Shown piece by piece: positions 53,074 to 61,394 of a DNA stretch of 64,000 nucleotides (positions are counted from its first letter, which is position 1; each line of letters starts with the position of its first letter). Position numbers and translations under genes: made by a program. Origin of the DNA: a virus; IMG/VR virus record IMGVR_UViG_3300035660_000002, positions 69,463 to 133,462 of that record. One strand, 5' to 3'. The notes under the pieces are model-generated. The model saw only the letters and a list, made by a program, of their open reading frames with translations. It did not search any database and had not been told where the DNA came from.

Positions 53074-53127
53074 GCGTTGCCTCCTTTTTAGCTTTCGTCT
53101 TTTTGTTTATACATTGATTTTCCTATG

Positions 53128-53532
53128 TTATGGTGTTGCATCTCTTGCTATTATAATAGTAACGTTCTTCGTTGTCGCACCTGCGTTAGACAAGAATACT
53201 TTGTCAGGCTGCGCCCCCAGCACCGATACCGCCCCAATACCTGCCAGAAGTATCGCACTCTCGATCTGTATCGCAGGATTTGCCGCACTGTGCACCTTGA
53301 AGCTGACATCATACGTTCCCGGAACTGCCTGCGTGTATGCATTCATTTTTATACCAAACAGATACACCATAGCGGCCAGTCCGGGCTGCAGAAGAATCTC
53401 TACGTCCGCGGCGGCCGGTGCGAGTGATACCTCGATCACATCGTACGCTTCTGCGTAGTAAGTGATATTCTCACTAAAATTCGGACCTCCTTCAACGTTT
53501 ATCTCTATCGGCGAATTTACCCTCGTAGTCAT
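53128..53532 (-). CDS. Putative virion protein, 134 aa (paralog 2)
   Basis: Shares (Y/F)KVH, LF.I and N.G.T...VTI motifs with 53564-53968. Confidence 0.6.
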   Translation of the reverse strand: MTTRVNSPIEINVEGGPNFSENITYYAEAYDVIEVSLAPAAADVEILLQPGLAAMVYLFGIKMNAYTQAVPGTYDVSFKVHSAANPAIQIESAILLAGIGAVSVLGAQPDKVFLSNAGATTKNVTIIIARDATP

Positions 53533-53563
53533 ATTCCGTCCTCCGTTTATAACGGTTTCCTGG

Positions 53564-53968
53564 TTATAGCGCCTCTTTGTTTCTGCCTGTGACGATTGTC
53601 ACTTCATGATCTGTCACACCCGTGTTGTATACCAGAACAGCATCCAAGTTTCCAAGTTTGGCGCACATTGCTACACCGTTAAATACCTGCATGCAATCCA
53701 GTGTAATTACGGATCCCCCAGAGTTGTGCACCTTATACGTCAACACATCAACTGCACCGTACATAGGCCCCAGCGGCTCTTGATACGCCTCTGCCATTAT
53801 TGCAAACAGGTGAGTCGCGCAGGGCAGTATCGCAACCGTCACACTGCCTCCATGAGGAACAGTAACTTTGTATATCTCGAGCACATCCACATCAACCGAC
53901 ACGTCTTCCTGAAATATTGGCACACCATCTGCAAATGATCTCAGCACTGTCTGAATTGTGTTGCCCAT
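53564..53968 (-). CDS. Putative virion protein, 134 aa (paralog 1)
   Basis: Same length and shared motifs with 53128-53532; lies between sheath and tube. Confidence 0.6.
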   Translation of the reverse strand: MGNTIQTVLRSFADGVPIFQEDVSVDVDVLEIYKVTVPHGGSVTVAILPCATHLFAIMAEAYQEPLGPMYGAVDVLTYKVHNSGGSVITLDCMQVFNGVAMCAKLGNLDAVLVYNTGVTDHEVTIVTGRNKEAL

Positions 53969-54085
53969 ACTTGCCTCCTTTTATCCATGTATTTATTCAT
54001 ATTAACCCTTCGGGCCTACTTGTTAGGAGTCGGCCCGTAATAATGCACCTAGCCGCTCAACAACAGGACGTTATAGGCCTGCTGT

Positions 54086-55738
54086 TTACAGTACCGTTCC
54101 AGCTGCTATGATTGCCTCGAAGCTCGCGGTTGACCTTGTGATGATCGCCTTGATCTCGATGTACTTCGCGACCTTCACCGGCTTGATGAACAGCCACACA
54201 TTCAACTGATTGTTGTCCCTGTCTGTTGCCGAGTTGTTCGTGGCATCGCAGACTACCTTCCATCCCCGGTCGGTCACGTTATCGAACGCTCCCAATCCTT
54301 CCAGAGACGCCATGTACTGCTCCAGCGCTGTCCGCACACGGAAGTATGTCCTATCGATCAGCGGCTCGAAGAGGTAGTTCTTTGACGCCCTTGTAGTCTC
54401 GACTGCTATCTGATTGATCAGCCTTCTGATGTGCACGTTGCTGAGCGCCGACTTCAAGGCCTGCTCTGTTTCCTCTCCGAACACCACGATTCCAAACCCC
54501 GGATCGTTGATGATGGGGTTGATCTGCGCTGCGTCGAGAACATCCATCTCTCCGCCCACCCCTGTCGTGTACGCCTTCTTTGTCAGATCTATTCCAAAAC
54601 AGAGTTGCAGTGCCCTGCCCAGTATCCCCCTGTTATACCCCGCAGGGGCCCCGTGCGCCGCGCCGTATATGTAATCCGTAAGCGCGTATACACCTGCTAT
54701 GTCTCCTGACGCAGGTATTGCCACCACCTGACCATTGTACTCATCAAACACCTTTATCCATGGAGAGTACAACGCGGTGAAGCTGGTATTGAGATTCTGT
54801 GTGCCGGTTCTCCACGTCACCTGATTTGCCACACTGTTGAGGTCTGCGTATGGCACGTCGAGAACGCAGGTACAGTCGACACGAGCCTCTGCTATGTTCT
54901 TCATCTTGGTGTGCACAGTATTCGCGGCAGTGCACAGCCCCCCATTTATGAGTATGTTGATCGAGTATGCCAAGATGTTCGTGAACACATCCCATGCTAC
55001 CACTACTGCCGCATCGTCCATCGTGGTATCATTGGATCCCTGCGCCATGCTAAGTGCAGTCGATATGTCTCTCGGCATTACTGTGTTGGCCACGAGAGCG
55101 TTATCTTCCACACGGATATAGGCACTTCTGCCGTTGATCACATCTTTGATGTATGTCTGATTCCCGTACCCATCCAGTTGCCTCTTACGAGAGACATTAA
55201 ACGTCTCGACCAACGATGTCACACCTGCGTCATCTACATAGTAAACGTCGACTCTGAACTTCCATGTCGGCGCATCGACCGTCGTCAGCACGATCTTGAT
55301 GTTGTTGTTCCATGTTCCAGGATCAGCTCCGAAGAATACCAAACATTGGTCTGTGCCATATACATATGCTCCTGGAACACTCTGTCCTGCTACTATAGCT
55401 GCGTTTATTTCAGATGATCCGCTCGTCACTACGTACAACCCGCCGTACAGAGAGTCCTTGCGCGCTCTCATGGCATACAGCACTCTTCCGTTTTGCAGGA
55501 ATCCTATCGCAGCATGCTTCGCAAGCTTCGCAAGCTGTAATGCGCTCGTATAATCGGTAGGAATTTCAGGCTTTCCGTACTCCTGTATAAACTGCGCCTT
55601 GTTCGTGATAAGCACCGGCGCATCGACATCGCCTTTATTTGAGTGCACTACGATCGCCCCTACAGATGTTGCTACTGCCGGGACCAACTCCGAAATGTCC
55701 AACGTCTTAAAAACAATCTTCGCACTTCCGCTATACAT
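54086..55738 (-). CDS. Contractile tail sheath protein
   Basis: KGDVDAPVLIT...F..EYG; ADPGTWNNNI; ALYSPWIKVFD...IPASG; APAGYNRG; INPI...GIVVFGE.T...SALSNVHIRRL; WLFIKPVKVAKYI. Confidence 0.95.
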   Translation of the reverse strand: MYSGSAKIVFKTLDISELVPAVATSVGAIVVHSNKGDVDAPVLITNKAQFIQEYGKPEIPTDYTSALQLAKLAKHAAIGFLQNGRVLYAMRARKDSLYGGLYVVTSGSSEINAAIVAGQSVPGAYVYGTDQCLVFFGADPGTWNNNIKIVLTTVDAPTWKFRVDVYYVDDAGVTSLVETFNVSRKRQLDGYGNQTYIKDVINGRSAYIRVEDNALVANTVMPRDISTALSMAQGSNDTTMDDAAVVVAWDVFTNILAYSINILINGGLCTAANTVHTKMKNIAEARVDCTCVLDVPYADLNSVANQVTWRTGTQNLNTSFTALYSPWIKVFDEYNGQVVAIPASGDIAGVYALTDYIYGAAHGAPAGYNRGILGRALQLCFGIDLTKKAYTTGVGGEMDVLDAAQINPIINDPGFGIVVFGEETEQALKSALSNVHIRRLINQIAVETTRASKNYLFEPLIDRTYFRVRTALEQYMASLEGLGAFDNVTDRGWKVVCDATNNSATDRDNNQLNVWLFIKPVKVAKYIEIKAIITRSTASFEAIIAAGTVL

Positions 55739-55751
55739 GGTATCCTCCTTT

Positions 55752-56150
55752 TTAAATTTTTATTTTCATCGCTTTCTTGATTTCCGGATCTATCTCGATA
55801 TCTACGATCACCCTTTCATTATATTTCCTCCCATCCTGTCCTATAAAGTCTCTGTACAGCTCTACTGATTTGAATGTCAGCTTTCTTACACTCCAACGTC
55901 CGAACGTATTCAAAAGTGTGGGGTCGGAGAGCATATGCAAGAGCTCCCCCTTCGTTATCTTGTTCCTTCTCTTTGTTGTCGGATCTGTGTGAACGATATT
56001 CAGTTTTCCCCAGAAGGATATGCGCTCGAGCCAGAACTCCATACCACCATCAAAGGCACATGGTAGCACTTCTGGCACCCGAAGCATTGCCCTGATGTCC
56101 TGGTATGTTATTTCATTCACCGCTTCTTTGCACTCTTCGTATATACTCAT
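55752..56150 (-). CDS. Hypothetical protein, 132 aa
   Basis: ORF between the gp15-like and sheath genes. Confidence 0.6.
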   Translation of the reverse strand: MSIYEECKEAVNEITYQDIRAMLRVPEVLPCAFDGGMEFWLERISFWGKLNIVHTDPTTKRRNKITKGELLHMLSDPTLLNTFGRWSVRKLTFKSVELYRDFIGQDGRKYNERVIVDIEIDPEIKKAMKIKI

Positions 56151-56888
56151 CTATACCTCTGGTGGTACTGGAGTATTCTCGGTTATGACTTTATGCAAGA
56201 ATAGCGTCTCTGCGTTCGCCACGTAGTTCACATCAAAGTATCCATCAAGCACGATCGTCTTTGCTGTCTTTACCATGACACCTCGTAATAGCCATGATTC
56301 TACTGTGATGGTCACAGTATGCTTCCAATACTTTCCCTCTGTAAACATCTTGGCTATCTTCGAGTCATCCATCGCTGCGCTAGGATCGAATATTATGTCA
56401 AGCTCAAGAGGCTTGTTCTCATCGTAGAAGAGATTAATGTTTGGATCCTCGAATTGCCAAAACATAAACTCCTGCAGGAACTCATCCATCTTCTCTTTAT
56501 AAGAAGTCCAAAACGATATTGCATATTCTATGTCAACCGGCACGGCCTTAAACATTTCAATATTCTCTTTGCCGTTCACCGCAACGTTCTTATATTGTGT
56601 CGACAGCCCCACGAGCGCCAGTGCACTACGCTGCCGCTTCCACGCGAACCTCATGTCCTTGGCCCACACATTAATAAAGTCCAACGAGTACTTGTTGGAT
56701 ACCTCTTCCTTGCCACTGCTTCCAACGACTCTGCTCTTTGGAGTGATCATGCTCCGCATCTTCAGAGCTATTTCATCAGGCTGGTACATGATATCCTTAT
56801 TTATTTCCCGAGAGGGCAGTATGAGTCCGAACTTGTCTGCTACTGCCAGCACCACACCTTCAGTTGTCTTTCGTATCATATTTTCCAT
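56151..56888 (-). CDS. Tail terminator / sheath stabiliser (T4 gp15-like)
   Basis: AVPVDIEYAISFWT...MDEFLQE...W.HTVTITVESW; position upstream of the sheath. Confidence 0.65.
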   Translation of the reverse strand: MENMIRKTTEGVVLAVADKFGLILPSREINKDIMYQPDEIALKMRSMITPKSRVVGSSGKEEVSNKYSLDFINVWAKDMRFAWKRQRSALALVGLSTQYKNVAVNGKENIEMFKAVPVDIEYAISFWTSYKEKMDEFLQEFMFWQFEDPNINLFYDENKPLELDIIFDPSAAMDDSKIAKMFTEGKYWKHTVTITVESWLLRGVMVKTAKTIVLDGYFDVNYVANAETLFLHKVITENTPVPPEV

Positions 56889-56899
56889 CTACATGCCTC

Positions 56900-57274
56900 T
56901 TACTTTTTCTTTACCCATTCACCAACAATTGCAGCTATCACGAGTAGTAGAACACCCCACATTATCTTAACCTGATTGTATAATCCCGCCCGTTTTTCGC
57001 AGGGTAGTTTAGTTATCCTCTCATTTACGCTTGCTGTCGCAAGGATGGTGGCCTTATCTAACGAAACAAAGTTATTCTGAAGCGTACTTATATTTGCTTT
57101 TATATCGTCCAATTTGTGACAAGTTATTTTCTGTCTCTCATTTGCCTGTTCATCATGAAATTTCCGACCGTCTTCAAATTTCGTCTCAAGCGTAACGAGC
57201 CGTATATCTATTTCTTTTACTATCTGTTCTCCATTCATAGCGTTCTTACGCCTTTCTATGCCATCCCATTCCAT
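56900..57274 (-). CDS. Coiled-coil protein with C-terminal TM (XhlA/holin-like)
   Basis: MEWDGIERRK start; C-term IMWGVLLLVIAAIVGEW. Confidence 0.6.
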   Translation of the reverse strand: MEWDGIERRKNAMNGEQIVKEIDIRLVTLETKFEDGRKFHDEQANERQKITCHKLDDIKANISTLQNNFVSLDKATILATASVNERITKLPCEKRAGLYNQVKIMWGVLLLVIAAIVGEWVKKK

Positions 57275-57291
57275 TCTATCCTGCTCTCATT

Positions 57292-57534
57292 TCACTGGCC
57301 TTTGTGCTTGCCTCTCGTCGTTCTCAAGGTAGTCATCAGCTTGTGCCACACGATATCCTGCAGGTAACATTCGGCTACTGCGTTCCGGGACCACCCTTCA
57401 TAGAAATGTTCGAGCTCCTCCCCCGGACTGTTCTTTCTTGTCCTCGCATAGTCCTCTATACACTTATGCACCAGAAGGTCGATCGCCCTCTTCTGGAACT
57501 CTGTCATCGTGCTTTCGTCAAACTTGCTACCCAT
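57292..57534 (-). CDS. Hypothetical protein, 80 aa
   Basis: Coupled ORF in the operon. Confidence 0.5.
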   Translation of the reverse strand: MGSKFDESTMTEFQKRAIDLLVHKCIEDYARTRKNSPGEELEHFYEGWSRNAVAECYLQDIVWHKLMTTLRTTRGKHKGQ

Positions 57535-57733
57535 TCAGTATCCTGGTGTTGGCTCCCGGGTTCACTTCAGTAAGATCTTCCGTGACTTTGAAGTACTTAC
57601 GCACCTGTGGTAGATTGTGCACTTCAACATTCTCGAGCTTACCCTTCGGAGGCACCTGCACCACAAGGTTCTCCTCTACCTGCACCGGCACGATCACTGA
57701 GCTTGTATTAACCATCTTTATTACCTTAGACAT
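57527..57733 (-). CDS. Hypothetical virion-type protein, 68 aa
   Basis: Coupled ORF; RBS AAGGAG. Confidence 0.55.
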   Translation of the reverse strand: MSKVIKMVNTSSVIVPVQVEENLVVQVPPKGKLENVEVHNLPQVRKYFKVTEDLTEVNPGANTRILNG

Positions 57734-58727
57734 CGTCCGCTCCTTTCGTGTTCATGACACCAAGCATATCCTTTAGCTTCTTCACATCCTCATCTTCTAT
57801 GCCCTCTCCGTCCTCTATCATATCTTTCAAATCATTGATCAGCCTCAGGTACTGGTAACGATTAAGAAACTTGAAGAGTACATTTTCGTCATGCCACGTC
57901 TTTGCATATTCAACATCCTTTAAGGCCTGCTCCGGCGTGGCCGGGCTGGATGCCTGTTTACGCTGTTCTACCCACTCTTTCTTGTCCTTTATGAGTTCCT
58001 CTATGCTTGCCTCTATTTCCTGCAATTTTGCCTCAAGGGCCGCTTTCAGCTTGTCCTTCGTCTCTTTAGGCATCTTGCCGATAGCCTGCTTTATAACCTC
58101 ATAATCTATGACGTCCCTTTTCAGTTCTCCCAGCGTCTGATCCGTGTCACCTACCACACTACTTACGGTATCTAGGATATCTTTGTACTCATCATACGGA
58201 TTGAAGTCCTGGCCCACTTCCTTCGGCCCACGCACCCACGCATCCTTGTTGAGGTCATATGCTGCGTCCGCTATTAGCTCCTGCGATGAGTTGAGTTGCA
58301 AAAACACTTCGATCTCATGTTTCCCCACCATCTTATCTATATCGGCCTCGTCATACCAGTCCTTGATCTCCTTTTGAATTCCCTGCATATTATCTTCGTC
58401 GGCGTAGTATCCTTTATCGTCTGCCTTCTTTATGACCTCTTTCAGCTTCGCCTCGTCTGGTATAACATGAATGTCAATGTCGGAATTATCCTGCCACTGG
58501 TTCGTCCCGGACGATCCTACCAGATATATCTCTTTGGCGACCTCTCTCAGGTTTACTTTAGGGTATGCCTCGATCACTTTAAAGATCTTACTCTTGACCG
58601 CGTCCTTCAGCGTATGCTTTCCATCCTTGTTCCACAGCTCTTCCGGCAAATCCTCTTGAGGGAAGTCGATGGCGCTGTCCCCTAGGTAAACCTTTCTAGT
58701 CATCTCAAGCAAAGCTATCTCGATCAC
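57726..58727 (-). CDS. Pol-beta-superfamily nucleotidyltransferase
   Basis: IYLVGSSGTNQWQDNSDIDIHV (GS...DxD) plus third acidic site HEIEVF; C-terminal coiled coil. Confidence 0.75.
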   Translation of the reverse strand: MIEIALLEMTRKVYLGDSAIDFPQEDLPEELWNKDGKHTLKDAVKSKIFKVIEAYPKVNLREVAKEIYLVGSSGTNQWQDNSDIDIHVIPDEAKLKEVIKKADDKGYYADEDNMQGIQKEIKDWYDEADIDKMVGKHEIEVFLQLNSSQELIADAAYDLNKDAWVRGPKEVGQDFNPYDEYKDILDTVSSVVGDTDQTLGELKRDVIDYEVIKQAIGKMPKETKDKLKAALEAKLQEIEASIEELIKDKKEWVEQRKQASSPATPEQALKDVEYAKTWHDENVLFKFLNRYQYLRLINDLKDMIEDGEGIEDEDVKKLKDMLGVMNTKGADDV

Positions 58728-58730
58728 TTA

Positions 58731-59150
58731 TCATTCTCCTGTCGGATCGTAGAATGCAAACGCTATATACGATTTTCCATAGTCGACCTCGCCGTTTGCG
58801 TGTATGAACAAGTTCAAATCTATGGGGGCTATTGATCGTCCGGATTCCCACTCTACTCGCACCTTCGACATGTCGACCTTGAGATCCATCTCTTTCTTAT
58901 TATCATTCTCGTCTGTCGTTTCAATCCGCACATCCGCAACGCCCTGCGGGTATGCAGTAAACCCGCCTATGCCCCAATCTCTACGGTCGAGTTGCAACTC
59001 ATATTTGATATCTATCTTCTTGAGTTCGACTGCCACGTCCAAGTTAGGATTGTCCAGGACATCCACGTTTACGGCGACATCCGCTTCATACATGTTCTCT
59101 GTCTCTTGCTCATTCAGCTTCCTAATCTTGGTGTATAGTTCTATTGCCAT
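58731..59150 (-). CDS. Hypothetical acidic protein, 139 aa
   Basis: Start MAIELYTK behind AAGGA. Confidence 0.6.
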   Translation of the reverse strand: MAIELYTKIRKLNEQETENMYEADVAVNVDVLDNPNLDVAVELKKIDIKYELQLDRRDWGIGGFTAYPQGVADVRIETTDENDNKKEMDLKVDMSKVRVEWESGRSIAPIDLNLFIHANGEVDYGKSYIAFAFYDPTGE

Positions 59151-59170
59151 GTTCAATCCTTTCGGCACTC

Positions 59171-59620
59171 TCAGTCGTGACGGCGTCTCGGGACGAGCAA
59201 CCATCCTTCCACGACTGTGGCGTTGTACATGTTCTTCACTACACGATCCACAAGCTCGAATTCATCCGTGCTCCATTCCCCCTCGATATAGTTTATGGCT
59301 ACCTTTATATATGAGTTCCTTGTGATCTCTTTCATCGGCAAGAACCATCCTACTATAGGAATATTCTCTTCTACGAATATACCGAGACTCCTTAATCTCT
59401 TCGTGTCTGGCTTCCACTCCACGAACACCTTGGTCTTTATCGGGGCCTGGTAGTGTTCTTTGTTCAGGTCCGGCTTTTCCTGATAGATATCCAGCCCCTC
59501 ACGCTGTTGGATCGTTTCCGGTTTCGGTATGTAAAGATCACACTCGAACCCGTAGGCGCCTATCACCACACCTACGTTCTGCCTGATCGTTTTGACTGTT
59601 TGTAAAGGTAGCAGGCTCAT
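59171..59620 (-). CDS. Head completion/neck protein-like
   Basis: YGFECDLYIP...VEWKPD.KRLRSLGIF.E...PI..W; position in the head-tail joining region. Confidence 0.55.
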   Translation of the reverse strand: MSLLPLQTVKTIRQNVGVVIGAYGFECDLYIPKPETIQQREGLDIYQEKPDLNKEHYQAPIKTKVFVEWKPDTKRLRSLGIFVEENIPIVGWFLPMKEITRNSYIKVAINYIEGEWSTDEFELVDRVVKNMYNATVVEGWLLVPRRRHD

Positions 59621-59988
59621 TTCAAATCCTTTAATGTTTCCTTTGTCTTTTGCAGACTTTGTATGTATTCGTATATCTCGTCCGCACTCATAATATCAGG
59701 GTTCACGGATCTATTCTCAACGAACACGTCGTAATACGGCTTCCCGGATGGAGTATCGAACCTATCAAACTCTTTTATCTTCTTGTCGTTGATCTCATGA
59801 ACCTCAATGCCATGTTCCTTTATCTTGGCTTCGATCTCTCCTGTCGTCCGTCCGGATAGTATTGTTATGATGTGCCCTTCTTCGTACAATCGTTTCAGCA
59901 GGTCGATCATCGGCTGAATAGGCTTTCCTATCTTATGTTCTGGCTCCTGCTCGAAAAGTGTCCCGTCGAAATCAAAGGTGACTATCAC
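59617..59988 (-). CDS. HAD-superfamily phosphatase (small, capsule-phosphatase/PNK-like)
   Basis: VTFDFDGTL; ILSGR; KPYYDVFVENRS. Confidence 0.8.
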   Translation of the reverse strand: MIVTFDFDGTLFEQEPEHKIGKPIQPMIDLLKRLYEEGHIITILSGRTTGEIEAKIKEHGIEVHEINDKKIKEFDRFDTPSGKPYYDVFVENRSVNPDIMSADEIYEYIQSLQKTKETLKDLK

Positions 59989-60272
59989 AGTTTCTCCACT
60001 GTATATGTTTCAGGGTTGTCCAGCAAGTATCGTATGATCAGGTTCACCCACTGTGTCGATATGACTGCCTTGAACCCTCCCTTACCGACATATTCCCATC
60101 CCTTATTCGGCCCGCGATCCTCAACTGCCCTGGCTATTTTATGCATCACGTTCCTGAGCGCCGCGCCCTCGTTCGATGCATGCGTGAAGCTGAACGGATC
60201 GTCCATCTTGTCCGTCACGCCACGCACAGTTACCCTATATTTATTTACCGCCTGCTCTATCAACTTTTTCAC
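59985..60272 (-). CDS. Hypothetical protein, 95 aa
   Basis: Coupled ORF. Confidence 0.55.
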   Translation of the reverse strand: MKKLIEQAVNKYRVTVRGVTDKMDDPFSFTHASNEGAALRNVMHKIARAVEDRGPNKGWEYVGKGGFKAVISTQWVNLIIRYLLDNPETYTVEKL

Positions 60273-60609
60273 CTGCCAGCACTTCCTTTATTCTGTTTCT
60301 GACGAGATTACCTACTGTTGACATGATGGCGTTTACCATCTGCTTCCTGTCCTTCATGTCAAAGTGCTTTTCATACGCAGCGACGTTGCCCACCAGATAT
60401 TGCAGCCATCCTATCTTCAATATATCCGCTATGCCTGTGTCTGAGGTCACACTTACATCCTTCGGGTCGCTGACGAGCACGGTGACGATATCTATTCTCT
60501 TTGACTTGCATTGCTGGTAGAAGGACTGGAACGCTTCCAGATCCATGCCCTTGGTTATCTTTACCAGGTACGTCTTTCCCGGCTCGAGCTTTAATATATC
60601 CATGTCCAT
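60241..60609 (-). CDS. Hypothetical protein, 122 aa
   Basis: Coupled ORF. Confidence 0.55.
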   Translation of the reverse strand: MDMDILKLEPGKTYLVKITKGMDLEAFQSFYQQCKSKRIDIVTVLVSDPKDVSVTSDTGIADILKIGWLQYLVGNVAAYEKHFDMKDRKQMVNAIMSTVGNLVRNRIKEVLAGEKVDRAGGK

Positions 60610-60610
60610 G

Positions 60611-61393
60611 CTATGCCTTCTTGGTAGTTGCTTTCTTCACCAACTCATCGAACGCCTGCTTCACAACTTCGCGTTCCTTTTCGGTGAGCGTAAGCTTTTC
60701 TGTCTCTGTAATAAAGCTTTTCTCTTTGTCCGTGAATGGCGCACCGCGTTCTTTCAAGTACTTGATGATGAATAACTTCTCCGCCAGCAACGCATACTTT
60801 GCCTGAGCTTTCTTTGCCTCAGCTGGCAATCCTTCTTCCTCTTCCGGCGCCGCTCCTGCTGGCGGTTCCCCGGGCTTTTCTTCTGCCCCTGGCACGGGCT
60901 TCTCTTCCGGCTTCGGTTCTTTCTCCGGCTTTGGTGCTCCTTTGAGCGCCGCCTCTGGCGGTTCTGCCCCCAGATCCTTTGCCTCGCCCTTCTTGCCTGA
61001 TGTTATTATGCTCTGCCCTATGTCCACGTAGCTCAGTAGCCCTTCTCCGCTCATATCGATGATTTTGGGCTGCTTTATGGCCCAATCTATGAGGGTTACA
61101 GCAGACGCCGCTTCTATGCCCTCAAGCGTGGAGGACTTTCCGTCCTGTGATGCCGGTCCTAATATCATCAGCACACGGTTCCCCATATCTACCCAGTCCA
61201 CCACTGCGCCCGGCTTGCCTGATTCCCCTTGCACCGGCTGCTGTGCCAGGGCCCATGTGATCAGCGCGTTCGCTATGGCCGTCTGCAGTGCGTCCATCTT
61301 CAGTGATGTGATGGCCTCATTGAGCTTTGATTCAAATAGAGTGCCAGGTTTGTCGTTCGCCAACTCTTGAAGCTCTTTTAGGATTCTTTCCAT
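60611..61393 (-). CDS. Putative internal head protein with Pro/Glu/Ala-rich linker, 260 aa
   Basis: Internal repeat A.I.WA...P.......VD.G...I..G; PKPEKEPKPEEKP linker. Confidence 0.55.
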   Translation of the reverse strand: MERILKELQELANDKPGTLFESKLNEAITSLKMDALQTAIANALITWALAQQPVQGESGKPGAVVDWVDMGNRVLMILGPASQDGKSSTLEGIEAASAVTLIDWAIKQPKIIDMSGEGLLSYVDIGQSIITSGKKGEAKDLGAEPPEAALKGAPKPEKEPKPEEKPVPGAEEKPGEPPAGAAPEEEEGLPAEAKKAQAKYALLAEKLFIIKYLKERGAPFTDKEKSFITETEKLTLTEKEREVVKQAFDELVKKATTKKA

Positions 61394-61394
61394 G

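Noticed and set aside
39318-56888. T6SS, tailocin or eCIS interpretation of the tail block
   Set aside because: It is flanked by head/neck genes, lysis genes and a phage early operon, and has no T6SS membrane complex or eCIS ATPase.
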